A stretch of 64,000 nt of DNA from Balanoglossus misakiensis (Eukaryota; Animalia; Hemichordata): contig CM082582.2 of assembly GCA_040954595.2 (NCBI GenBank), positions 9,911,483-9,975,482 of the forward strand, read 5' to 3'. Below, piece by piece: positions 1 to 12,200 of this stretch; within the stretch, counting starts at the first letter, position 1; each line of letters begins with the position of its first letter. A program made the position numbers and the translations under genes. Below the pieces are notes generated by a model. The model made no database searches and was not told the DNA's origin. It saw only the letters and a list, made by a program, of their open reading frames with translations.

Positions 1-105
1 GCTGACTACGAATGAATCTCGAAGTATATTATGAGGGCGTTTCGACAATGTTGTTATGCTGGGAGAGGAAGGTATTATTTTCCATGGTCGTAGTTCGTTG
101 TCAAG

Positions 106-441
106 TTATGTTGATGCATGAAAAAACAGACACCATAAATTACACACACATGCTGCCATACACAATAGATAGCATATTTTCAGTCGAGACGACCAGAGTC
201 TGAGGTCCAGCTGGTGTTTTGAAGCTTCTGCTCGCAAATTAGCAAGTATGTGGCTCTTGACTTCATCTTCACCTGTGGACCCATCATCCCAGCCAACTGC
301 AGTACCGTAGGTTGGAAGGCAAATACCAGAAAAAAACCGAGCGTCCACTTTGCAGTTACGTCAGCTACAGGCTGACATCAAAGTCGGTGAAAACTTACAT
401 GTTGTTGGAAACCGCCGAGCTTTCGCACACTTGACGCCCAT
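106..441 (-). CDS. Candidate small two-exon ORF (~77 aa, MGVKCAK...), or 5' exons of a gene running off the left edge
   Basis: ATG at 441, GTAAGT donor after 399, pyrimidine-rich CAG acceptor before 296. Phases match and the frame is open to a stop at 106. The C-terminus is Cys-rich and hydrophobic. No homology recognised. Confidence 0.2.
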
Positions 442-1130
442 CGTCTGAGAAGGAAGCTTCGTGCCTACACGGCCACATGGGGGCGCACTCGCTGAAAAAA
501 AGCCCAACATTTGAGATGCGCTGACGTACGCCACGACGCCGGCAACCTTCTCATGTATTTTCAAATCTCGGTTTTGCGTCATTGCAACCATGGAAACGTC
601 CTACGGGGGAAAACAGTCTACTGAGACGAATTCCTCGAATGACCTTCAAAAATGAGAGAAGGCTTGCGAAATCGAGATTTTATCTGCCGAGATTTTCACA
701 GTGTCGGCACTGGGTATACATTTAATAAGTTCTTACAGCGAGGTTCAAGGAAGGTCATACAATAAACGCAGCCCTTTTGTTCGAAAAAAATTATCGTTAC
801 CTCTGCTAGCCCATGTCTGAAAAAAATACGCCTACAAATATACGTCACCGGACAAGTGACTTATATCGCTTCCGTAATCAAGAGGTATAATTAATTGTTG
901 TTTGTTTGCTGAAAAAATGCTTCTAAAAATAAAGTCCTCGTTTCAATAGCCAAGACTTTAATTGGTTTTAATAGTCCTGGAAATCTGACCTCGTTTGATT
1001 ATTCCGACACGCCACAAACCGTTAAATCTACCTGTTTGTAGATTTTGCATGGGGCCGTTTTTTTTAACTACTGGCACATCGACAGAAATTTTTTCAATTT
1101 TCAGGTATCTGCAATATACAGTTATTCAAC

Positions 1131-1280
1131 GCTGATTGGTACAACGACTTTACATTGTATTCATACAATTGCTATAGATATGAAAGGTCTAGTATCATCT
1201 GGCAATCCGTTGCTACGGTAATTAACCAAGTCTCGCGAGATCTCGCAATGAGCGAAAAATAATCTACTGTAACGTCATCA
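1131..1280. promoter_or_regulatory. Promoter-like motif cluster
   Basis: Reverse CCAAT (CTGATTGG, 1132-1139), X-box-like GTTGCTACGGTAAT (1209-1222), palindromic TCTCGCGAGA (1231-1240; BANP/ZBED1-type promoter motif) and CRE-like ACGTCA (~1272). Confidence 0.45.
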
Positions 1281-2556
1281 GCGCTCATTGAGACGCCCAG
1301 ACTGTGAGTGCATTCGTATTCAACAACCCCCAGCATTTGTAACCTCTGTTCCCGTTTGTGGTCGTAATATTTTATTTCATGTTCGCCGCATCCTGTGCGA
1401 CCTTGGGATGCGGTGATTGTTTTTATCAGTCTGGGTGCATTTATTCAAGTCTGGTAACCGTGACCTCGTGAAACTTTTCCTTGTACTGAGAGCAACCCTT
1501 TCGCTCGGAAATACGTGGGTACTTGTTGCTTCAAGATTGGCTCATGTGAAATGGGAATTACGCTAATGTCTTGATCGGCTAGAAAGATAAACGCTGGTCG
1601 ACACACGAATTTTACTGTAGAAAAAGAGACCTGTGTGCTAAAATCGCACGTTTCTTGTAGTAATAATAATGTTTTCAATGCTGCTGCGAATGCTGCTTGA
1701 GAGGTTTCTCGGTAAGCTATCCACTTATGTTGCGCAGTGAATTAGCCAACGTTTACTTGCCACGGAGACGTACGGCAATTAAGACATTATACTTTTATTC
1801 AGCTGCGGTGGATTACAACGATATCATGCCTCTCGTATACGCCAGGGTATATTTCTCTCCCACCAGTCATTTTGCTCGTCCGTCTATACCTCCATCGTCA
1901 GGGTCCCCCGCACGGGAGAGATTTCCGTGACATTTTTTTTAAATAAGAAAGACGAGCTCCCTTGCACGGAGCTCGCATTAGCTCTCCGAGAAACGACAAA
2001 GCCCCCGTATTGTGTTGGAAAGTTAATGTGTTAAACAGATAAGCCTACAGGTATAGGCCGAGCCCAGGAAATTACGGGATCTCGCCTTTATTAGTGTCCC
2101 TCTCGCGCATTACCATGGCAACCGGCGATTAAGTACCTGTAAAGCATTTTTCCTGACCTAATATGTACACTGTCCGTGTAACTATAATTGAGTGTACTTT
2201 TACGGGCAATTACGATATCACGTGCTTTTAGAATGCGTCTCATTTTTCAGAGGTATATATGGGAAGTCGCTGCGGCGGTTACTGCTCCTAAAAACCTGAT
2301 GTGTGAGGGATTAACCGATTTTGCAGCGCATAAAGGCGACTTTTGATATTATAGGTCACGTCAATCACCCGTATGGTTGATTATGTCGGAATCGCTCGCC
2401 GTGGCATTTCGCTAATGCAATACTTTTTCCCCCTCTCTATCACAGGTTGGCAGGATCGCGATGCTGCCGTCGCTTTCACCGACGTGTTTACGTAGTTGGC
2501 AACGCGTAAGAGACGGGCGACCTTGAGATATCTTGATCGACGAGGACGTTGAAATC

Positions 2557-4104
2557 ATGGCGCTCAACAACACGGAGATGGACGCGTCCACCGTCGTCGC
2601 GATCTCCGTGGGAATACCGCTGGCCGTCTTCGCCATCCTCGCTAACGTGCTCACCTGTGTCATCATCTCGTCGAGGAAGTACCTGCGCACGCCCACCAAC
2701 ATCTTCATCTTGAATATGTGCATTTTCGACTGCGTGCTGGCGGCGGTCTTCACTCCCGCCAGATTCCAGGCCAGCTACCTGACGGAGTCGCTTATCGGAA
2801 ACAACATCTGCAAGACGTTCGCCTTCGTGCCCATGTTCTGCATCGTGGGTTCTATCTTCACGCTGACGACGATCAGCTACGAGCGGCTGCGCCACACCGT
2901 GTACCCGTTCAACAAGAAGATGACGATGAACACGGCCACTAAGGTGGTGATCGCCATATGGATATTCGCACTCGGAATTTCGCTGCCGAGAATTTACGAG
3001 TACACGTACGACGAGGTGACGACCACCGTCGCCGATAACATAACGTACTTTCACGGAATGCTGTGCACCGCCACGACGGCGACGGTCCTGTTCCGCGTGG
3101 CGTACGCCTCGTCGCTGTGCATTTTGGGATTCGTCCTCCCTTTGATCGTCATTATCGTCAATTACTTTCGAATTATCCGTGCCCTTCGGATTAATCGCCG
3201 GCGGGTGAGCGACCAGACGTCCAAGCAACAAGCGGCTACCAACAAACGGACGTCCATCATATCACTGGTCGGTCACAAGTCGGAGGCCGTGGAGAAGATG
3301 CTCATCACCGTGACAACGATATTTGTACTGCTTTATACACCGTTTTTTGTGTTCACTATTTTTGAGGATGTGTTCGGGTGGCGGGGACAGACAACAAAAT
3401 CTGCCTTAATGATGACATTAAAGGACTTTCTTGCCCTTCTCACCACCGTTTACAACCCACCGGTTTACTACTGGGGAAACTCAAATTTTCGACGTGGATA
3501 CAAAGAGGTTCTGGGTACCAACAAGTACAGGTGCAAATGCTATATCTGCTGCTACTGCTGTTGTTATTGCTGTATACAGAGTAAGAAAAGTGTAAAAGAC
3601 AGAACTCCGATTCACAAAATTAATATTATCCATGATCAGAACAGATTAAAAGTTGGTTTCAATGTACCGGGTGCAAATGCCGATGGAAAGAAAAGCCGGC
3701 GTGCCCGTGTCGTTCTGGACGTCGACAACCACGAGCAACGGACGCATGTCACGGAGGCGGAACCTACGGACGTCCATCACGTGACCTGCACGATTAACAA
3801 GGAGGAACCGAGCCCTCGCGACTTGAGCGGCGCTAAGACGTTCGAGCAGACCCAAGACACGAACGACAAACTCGACCAGGAGTTGCTGAAGTTGATTCGC
3901 GCCGGAGATCTGCAGGCGTACCTGGAGAAGCGGTTTCGGGCCCGGCCCGTCCAGCTGATGGGAGCGGGGTCCCAGCCGCGGAGGGAGAATTCGCACGAGG
4001 CTGTGAGTGCGAGCAACGCCGCGGACGAAAGATCGGAGCGGGAGGCGCAGCAGCACCACTCGAGTAATAACCACTCCCACGTCACCAGTCAGTCACATCG
4101 TTGA
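2557..4104 (+). CDS. Class A (rhodopsin-like) 7TM GPCR, neuropeptide-receptor-like orphan, ~515 aa, single coding exon
   Basis: Seven hydrophobic segments. N-terminal NNT glycosylation site, TM1 AN, ICL1/TM2 LRTPTNIFILNxxxxD, TM3 C-K...SIFTLTTISYER, TM4 W..A...SLP, TM5 FVLPL...Y, TM6 F...YTPF, TM7 YNPPVY, helix 8 NFR. First ATG at 2557 in good context (ATCATGG). Branch point (GCTAAT), polypyrimidine tract and CAG at 2411-2445 imply a 5'-UTR intron. Confidence 0.93.
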   Translation: MALNNTEMDASTVVAISVGIPLAVFAILANVLTCVIISSRKYLRTPTNIFILNMCIFDCVLAAVFTPARFQASYLTESLIGNNICKTFAFVPMFCIVGSIFTLTTISYERLRHTVYPFNKKMTMNTATKVVIAIWIFALGISLPRIYEYTYDEVTTTVADNITYFHGMLCTATTATVLFRVAYASSLCILGFVLPLIVIIVNYFRIIRALRINRRRVSDQTSKQQAATNKRTSIISLVGHKSEAVEKMLITVTTIFVLLYTPFFVFTIFEDVFGWRGQTTKSALMMTLKDFLALLTTVYNPPVYYWGNSNFRRGYKEVLGTNKYRCKCYICCYCCCYCCIQSKKSVKDRTPIHKINIIHDQNRLKVGFNVPGANADGKKSRRARVVLDVDNHEQRTHVTEAEPTDVHHVTCTINKEEPSPRDLSGAKTFEQTQDTNDKLDQELLKLIRAGDLQAYLEKRFRARPVQLMGAGSQPRRENSHEAVSASNAADERSEREAQQHHSSNNHSHVTSQSHR

Positions 4105-7100
4105 CTCGGACGAGTGGCGACAACAATTCTGATTGACTGGCAGCTTCTTTGCACAGCTGCTTCTTTGTGTGCTGAATGCAGTAAATGAAATTTAGAATCA
4201 CGGATTATCTGAGTACAGACATGTTTTATGACATATCCTTCTGCATTTTGACGGAACATGACACTGAAATCCGTAGGCTGAATATTTCAGAACAGAAAAT
4301 CCTGTGGCCATAAGAGCAATGGCGATTTTTCAGCTTGCAAAACCTACTCAACGTCTTTAAAAAAATGAGAGTTTTGTATTCGCGACAGGGTCGTCTCTTT
4401 GCTACTGTAATTGCCAATATGATGTATTTTTGCTGTGGGATACAGCTGCATATACTTGGGTCCAAGTAAATATTTGTATTACACGTGTTTACAAAGTCAT
4501 GTGCCCCATATATCAAATAAAATTTCCGAATCGTTGGCATGGAATTTATGTCATTGCCACCTGCGATGTAGATGTCTTTGGATCGTCATTTTTTACGTCC
4601 CAGCTGACCCCTCCGATAAAATGTTTATGATAAATGTTATTTTACATTGTTGAGGAGATGATTTTTCATGCAAGACGTTACTGAGAAGTCGATCGCAGAA
4701 TCATAGAGCCATTATTTCACCGGAATAACCATGCCCGAAGCTAGACTAATTTCATCCGTCCCATCGATTTCACCCAGCGTTCGCCGACCCCGGCGATACA
4801 AAACAAGTGACGTCATAATTAAGAAGTGTGGGCGTGTGTAATAGGAAACAGCGGATCAACCAATTGCGGCGCGACGTAGTTTCTTGGCCAAGGCCATCGC
4901 GTAGTCGTTGAATACAAAAAAGGGTCGTTAGGTTAATTTGATTAGGTCTTTTATTTGATTTCGCAGTGTCTGCGTGGGTTTTCCATCGTGAAAATGTCTT
5001 TTGAAAAAATAAGTCGGGAAATGAAAGTCGGGAATTCTAGGAACTCCTTATCGGCCGTTAATTAAGGGCGTGCGCAAAATACATCTCTTTACTACTTAGT
5101 GTGCGCATCATGTCCGAGTAGTCGGTGCACGTATTCTGTCACCCGATCAGCTCTGCAAAAATCCGCTGTGGCCATGAACTATTATCACCTAAGACATTAT
5201 ACAGTATTAACGAGAGGGATCTCTCTCCATCTCCACGTCGTACTTGCTACTTGTGGTTATTATCATGCGTCGAGTATCCTATGTCGGCATGATTCATTAA
5301 AGCATATTTTTGGAAGGATGTAATCTTACTGTACTGCATGCTAAAATAACAACTGGATGTAGCTGCTTAAAATATGGACAAGAAACCGATATGGTAAAAT
5401 CTGCCACCGGGAGAGACATGGCGGAAAATTACCGTGATTGACGTCATACACAGGCTTTGATGAGTTTACAAAAGTACGATGCCCCAGATTAACATTTATT
5501 CCTAGCCAATACGTTCAGTAAATGCTAAGCGGTTGGGATAACGTATTTATTCACTTTTCATTTTCATGACCCCGACCGACTCTCGCTCTCCATCGGTATT
5601 TTGACCGACAGTACTGTTGGCCATGGGAAGATGTCGCCCTCTACGATAATATTCATATCCAACGTGCCATCCCGAAATTTTTGGGGGAGTACATCGTGTA
5701 AGCGGCGGTCACTAGTTACCCCCTCTCTTCTCTCGGATTTAATCGAGATAGACGCATCACCGGCGTAGTTTGCTGTGGTCATAACTCTCCATTGCGCAGC
5801 TTGAGTGAATTTTTGATAAAATACCAGGTTTTTTCATGATGAGAGGTCGATATAATGTCATTTATAAGGATGATACATGTGAACAACATGTGTACCTGAA
5901 CGTTGGTGGCGCCTGGGATTGTTCTCACACGCACATGGCTGCGGCTACCGGGCAGAACGGAATACTAGACTTGGTCGCCAAGTATGCCTATTTTAGCGGA
6001 AGCTACTGCGAAGAAAGTGGTGTTTCTCGTCATGTTGCGCACTAGAGATTCGTCAGTTCTGTTTTTAGGGAGGGGGTGTCAGCGAATTCTTCACGTGCAC
6101 AAAGCAAATTGACTGACCCCAGACTGACGGTCTGTCTGCACAACACCAACTTTTGTCGGTCGGTCTCTCAATAAATCGGTCACCGTTGATAACATGATAG
6201 TATGCTAGGCTGAGGTATTAAATCCCAATACCTTATTTGTAAAGCCATGCGTTCCACTGAATGGTAAACAAAATTAATATATTCTCAATACACAACAGAA
6301 TATATACTCATACTCCAGGGAGAGTGAGAGAGACTGTCCTCAAACATTGGCTGAAGTTGAAGTGAAGTCACCCTGACCTAAATTCTCATCGCGTGCGCGG
6401 CCCATCGCAATACACCTGGTGTCCTACTTTGGTGTTGTCGCTAAATCCGTAACTATATCAGTCCTGCATGCCTGAATATCCATGTCAACTGAACCATGCT
6501 CTTGTAGGTGACACAAACAGGTGACTGGAGATACGTGTATTTGGTTGGCTTTGATACAGCAACTAAATTGTAGGATAATATTTCCGTGCCAACATCCAGC
6601 ACATCGCTGTTGCAAACAAACAAAATCACTGTGTTATGTAATCCACATGAATAAAAACATTCCATCGAAGTACTGACAATTTCTCTTTGCTATTGACAAA
6701 AACTTATACTGAATGTGTCGTCGACAAAACACAAACACGGCATCCCACCATGTGTCAAGATTTCTCTTCCTAGATACTCCAAAAGAAAATGTGAAGTCGT
6801 AATAATTGTACTCAGGAGATGGTAACCTTTGTGAGCTCTTCTGCTGGATTTATTTTAAATTTCAGTAAAACAGCATACATAATTTATCATCTATATCCAC
6901 CATCAGAGATTGTACACATTCAGGTAGATGGGTCCCTATTGAAAAGTGTTACATATACTTTTTTGAAAACTATGATCAGAAATACTTCAGGAAAGAAAAG
7001 GTAGTAGAACTACATGTAATTATTGACCACCGCAATCAAAATGAACTATTCAAAAACACAAAAAATATTACCACTCATTTGATCTACAATCAACAAAATT

Positions 7101-9259
7101 TGTACACGTCTGGAACTGAATTAAATATGAACAGAGCATAGCTCCCGAACTCAACTGTAGACAAACAGACAACGTACACAAAAACAATAAAACACGGATT
7201 TTAGCTTTTAGTTCCACACATGGTAGAACTTGGGATTTTCTTTGGAAATGTGTTACTTTCCATGGAGGCCGGGCAGTATGTCTATACGTCTTGAAATACA
7301 CAAGTGTCCCGAAATCTGTGGTATTTCTTTGTCAGTTCTTCAGGGCAGTTCTACAGAGCATTGTGGATGCTTTTCTAAAACACAGCTGCAACTTCAAGGA
7401 TGAATGTAAAATTCTGGCGACATCATATGAGATTTTACGTGGGAGACAATCTGGTAGTAATGAAGTCACAACAGAACATGGGGTAAAACTGAACATAAAC
7501 AGCATCAAATGCACTTCAAAAACACAACATTTAGTACATTGTTTTGTTTCTTTTTAGAGAATTAGCCTCAAAGATGATGAATGACACACATTTTTTTCAA
7601 TTCTAGGCACAGATGATTTTTAAGTACATTAAAGAAAATACTTTTTAGGGGTGTAGTACGATAACTGCACTTTGGCATCTAGTAAAAGGAGGTAGTCATT
7701 GCAGGAGGAATTGCATATTTGATTAACCTCTTGATAAACTCACAGTCAAAGAAAATTTGATTTACGAAATGTTCATATACAAAATTACTATTTAAGTAAA
7801 GGTTATTTGTGCATAATAATTGGAAATATCTGTTGACAATATTTCTCACCTTTTGCAAAATGTAATTCAACCAAGAGTTTTACAAAAATCTCTCGGTGAT
7901 GTGCGTTTGAAAATCAGTGTCAATGCATTTTCATTACAGAATTTGTAAAGAAAAAAATAAAAGAATAAAAGTACAGAGGGTAACAGTTGGCTAACCCTAC
8001 ATATTAAGAGTTTAAACAAGGCAGTTCATAATAAGTTGTGTATAAGGTTAATGAAAATGCCATAATGGTCTGGCTTTGGTATCATCTGTAGCCTTGCATG
8101 CTTTGCTTCTCATCCTGTCCAGACCGTTAACTTACACCAGTTGACACATTTAGACAAAAAGAGACTAAGTACCTGCCTTTTGACATTCAAGAGGTTGAAA
8201 CAACGAGTAAACCAAACAGAATAACACCGAAAATTCAATGGCAAAAGGTAGTGGCTTTGTCTCTTGCACAGAATAAATGCAGTTGTGGGATTGAGGTTGG
8301 AAAACTCTACATGCACGTTGGCAAATACCAATGTTAACAAAATGAACATTCCAAGTTACCTAAACCTCTGTCAGTGTAATATGCAAATTGTTCATAAACT
8401 GTACACATGTTTCTGTAAAGAGTACGTAATTAAACATGTCACTATAATAAACTATCTATACTATACTACGTTGGATTTTGAGCTGTTTGGGATTTTCAGA
8501 TTGTTTTCTCTTTCTGTTGTAAATATGCATAGTTAAGTATTCAGAATATGCATAGTAAATTATCGTCAGGTAGAGAATAGTTTAGCGATGATAATACATC
8601 AAGACATCACAAAAACACGATATACATATATGTCCAGCACCTTCAAAATTCAATTTTTTTAAATTCAGTAAAAGCATTCTCATGTGAACAATTTATACAT
8701 CTCTACATTAAATTTTGCTTTTTATAACTGTACAATAAAGTCTACACCTAAAGTTAATAGAAGTCGATAAAATCTCAAACAGACCAATGTTAGACAATTT
8801 AGGTTAAAATGAACGACTGATACAGATAACATGGATAATTCTTTGTAAAATTGGATGCGTTAAAATTCTCACACCGTTGGTTTAGAAACCAAATTTAGGC
8901 AAAGTACGCATTTCTTTATAATAATATATTCTATACAAATGTCTAGTAAAATATATACTCGTAGTGTTGAACAATGTCCAACTTTTAAATGGCTGTAAAA
9001 TATGGGATTCAATGGCCATCATATGCACTCGTTTGAGGGCATGTACATAGAGGTTGAGGTTTTTAAAGAAACTATTAAATGTAGTTAAAATGTCCGAGAA
9101 ATAGCTCAAATGGTAATGAAATGCTGCCAGGTGGCTATATCAGATTACATATTACATACAGAAACAAAATGGCCGCCTGGTGGCCATATTAAAATAAGGC
9201 GTCTTCTGGTTTGTCTTTTGACACAGAAAGTAGTAACATAATTGCTGCCAACTGTTCTT

Positions 9260-12200
9260 TCACTTTCTATATCCCCTCCCTCTACCACGTCTTCTCACAG
9301 TCTCTGGAGCTGATCTGGAAAATCTACTATTCCCTTCGGCTGCTTTACTGATGGCCTCAGGTGGAAGGTGTTTCTTCTCATATTCATGTCTTTTAAGCAT
9401 TCCGCTTGTCTTGAATCTCAGACCACAATGGCTGCACTCGTACGGATAGTTGACAGTGTGCCTCAGCATGTGGGCCCTGAGACCATTCTGCCAGTGATAC
9501 TTGGCACCGCAAAGATCACAAGTGAATTTCTTGTCGGCGTCATGTCGTCTGGAATGCCTGTGCAAATCTTCCAGAGTGGTGAATGACCTACTGCAGTCTG
9601 GTTTCTCACACTGATAAGGTTTGTGGCCAGAGTGGTACTGTTCCATATGCTTGTGCATGACGTAACTATCATCGGAGGCAAAAGCACACACAGGACAATG
9701 CTGCGATAGGCCCTTCCCGTCATGAACCATTCTACAGTGTTCATCCAACTCTGCCACGGAGGCAAAGTCTCTCAGGCACTTAGTACAGGTCAGGTTGTTG
9801 CCAACATTGTCTTTGACGCTGTTGCTCTCGGAATACTTGCTTGCTTCGCTGGATTTGCTGAGTGAATCATCGTCTCTCATATCAGCTGTTGTTTCTTCAT
9901 CTTCAGCTGCTATTTCATCCCCAATATTGGTTTCAACGTCAGAGTTGTAATCATAGCTCTCGCATGTCAATCCTGAGGAATGGGAAACTTCAGATATACT
10001 TGACATTTGGGACTCCTGCCTGTGGAAATTTCTTCGCTTAGCAGATTCCTCCATTTCCATATTATCACATGAAATGCCTCCATTATCTGGGCTCTTCTTT
10101 TGTTTATTGAAATGTTCCTGTTTTATATGTATTCTGACTTCCTTCCGGGAGTAGTTGGAGAAGAAACAGAATGGGCATTTGTGCTTCCCTGTTTTGACAA
10201 ACGATTTCAGGATCTCGGCATCCGAACTGGGATCATCCTTCTTTGTAGTTGTTGTAATTCCACTTTCATAGGATGAAAGACGTCTACGTTTTGGCCGTAA
10301 GTGGTTCGAGTCAGCATCTGCTGTTTGTTCGGACTTCAGGCTTGTGTTACTCGGTGGTTCAGATTCATCTGTAGAAGTCTGGCTGGAGAAAAGATTCTCA
10401 TCTTTTGTTTCAGGTGTCTTTGATGTTTCCTCTGCTGGCACAGTGGAAGTTTTACATTGCCTGAGTGAGACTTCTTGGTTAGCTTTAGCAGCACCATGTT
10501 TTCTTGAACCTTCTGAAGATGAAATATCATTTGCCTGGATCATTTGAGTTGACTTTGGTGACTGTGAAGGAGACTGCATGTTCTGAGGCACAAGACCTTC
10601 TGTGTCCTTTTCAGTCTCACCATGTCCATGACCAGCCAGGATTGTTGGAGGTGCACCTTGATTCGCAGGCTTGTGATTTGTTTCTATTACTGTGGCATCT
10701 GGTATTAGAGGAGGTGGCATTTCGGTGAAGGTAGCAGCTTGTTGCCGAAGGAGTATCGGTGGTCTCATGGACAGGGTTGGTCGCGATATGAGTGATGGTC
10801 TATTAGAAAGATTCAACTCATTATTTACTGGTTGCCCCACTGTTGGACCTTGTTGCAAAGTCTCAGGCATGTTTGAGTAGGAGCTTGGTCGTTGACCTCT
10901 GACTGGTCCCGAGGAGGGCAAGGGTCGTTGATCTTCTGCTGGTCCAGGGGAGGGCATGGGTTGAGGATAGCTATCTGGCTTTGCCGCAAGGACAGGCAGT
11001 GCATCACTTGATCGTGGTTCAGTGGGAATCAATTGAAGATCAACTGGTTGCCCTGGCATGGGAGGTCTTGCAACGCCTGGCATCATAAATCTATCAACAG
11101 AGCTGCCTTGTGGACTTTGAGGAATCCTCACTGGTACTATACCATGCCGAGGGGATATTTGTGGAACCTGTATCTGGATCATTCTTGGCTGCATAATAAT
11201 CGACTCAGCACCAGTTCGTTGGGGTACTTTTGTCATGGGAATTAGCATCTGACTTTGTCGCTGTGGTTGAGTGATGTGTTGATCAGAGACTTGATCAGGG
11301 GCGTTGTTACTATAACTCTGTATTGCTGTGTCTTTATTTGACTTTCCTCCACCATCAGACAAAGTTAAGTCCAAAGCCATACCACCAATACTTGAGGGAT
11401 ATTTTGAAGTACTTTCTTCTTGCTTATTTAAATAATTTGGTGGTAAATTCAGTGGACCTGCAGCTAAATTGGAAGTCTGGTTTGGCTCTCCAGCGACCCT
11501 TGGTGCAATCCCATGTGCAAGTAATTGTTTGGAGTGTCTGATTCTGTCATTATCAGGAAAATTAGTAGGAAGTTTGCCAGAGAGAATTTCACGGAAAGTT
11601 TTGTCCTTTGGTGGCTGTGCTTGAGACATCATTCGAACGGCAGGGGCTTGTGGATCAGTTTCCTGCAGAGAACGGACATCAGTTATTATTGGCATATTCT
11701 TGAACATGAAGCCATGCCCAGAAGGGGGTTTAACTCTGGTTTCGGTCGTTGTGAGTATCCTTTCTTGTGGAACTTCCTGAGGCTTAGATTCTCTACCATA
11801 CCCAGCAGGTGGATAATTATACAGTTGGTGTTGAGCTTGAATATTTCCGAGGACCGTTGAAGGCAGTGAATGCAGAACTTGAGGGGGCATCCTTCTGCCT
11901 TGGTATGCTTGAATCATCTGATTAAATTGTAACACCTGCTGACTGTTAAGCTGTATTTGTCTTGGAGATGTTGGCAGCAATGCTGGGTTCTGAATTTGGG
12001 CTTCTTCAGTATTTCCTCTGAACAGGTGTGTACTTCTGTTCACCTGTGGGCTGCAGAGCTGACGTTGATTCTGATGTTGATTCATATCTTCTTCTGCATC
12101 TGCTGTTGTTGAGGTCGAAGCAGCTTTTACGGTCAGATCAATTGGGTTTTCTGCTGTAGGCAACTGATCTTTGGTAATATTTTGCCCAACATACTCTGAC

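Noticed and set aside
3400-3480. GPCR as an opsin
   Set aside because: The retinal-binding position 7.43 (six residues before the Asn of NPxxY) is Leu, not Lys.
2488-4085. Antisense ORFs of 247, 144, 113 and 102 aa over the GPCR
   Set aside because: Explained by the high GC3 of the sense CDS.
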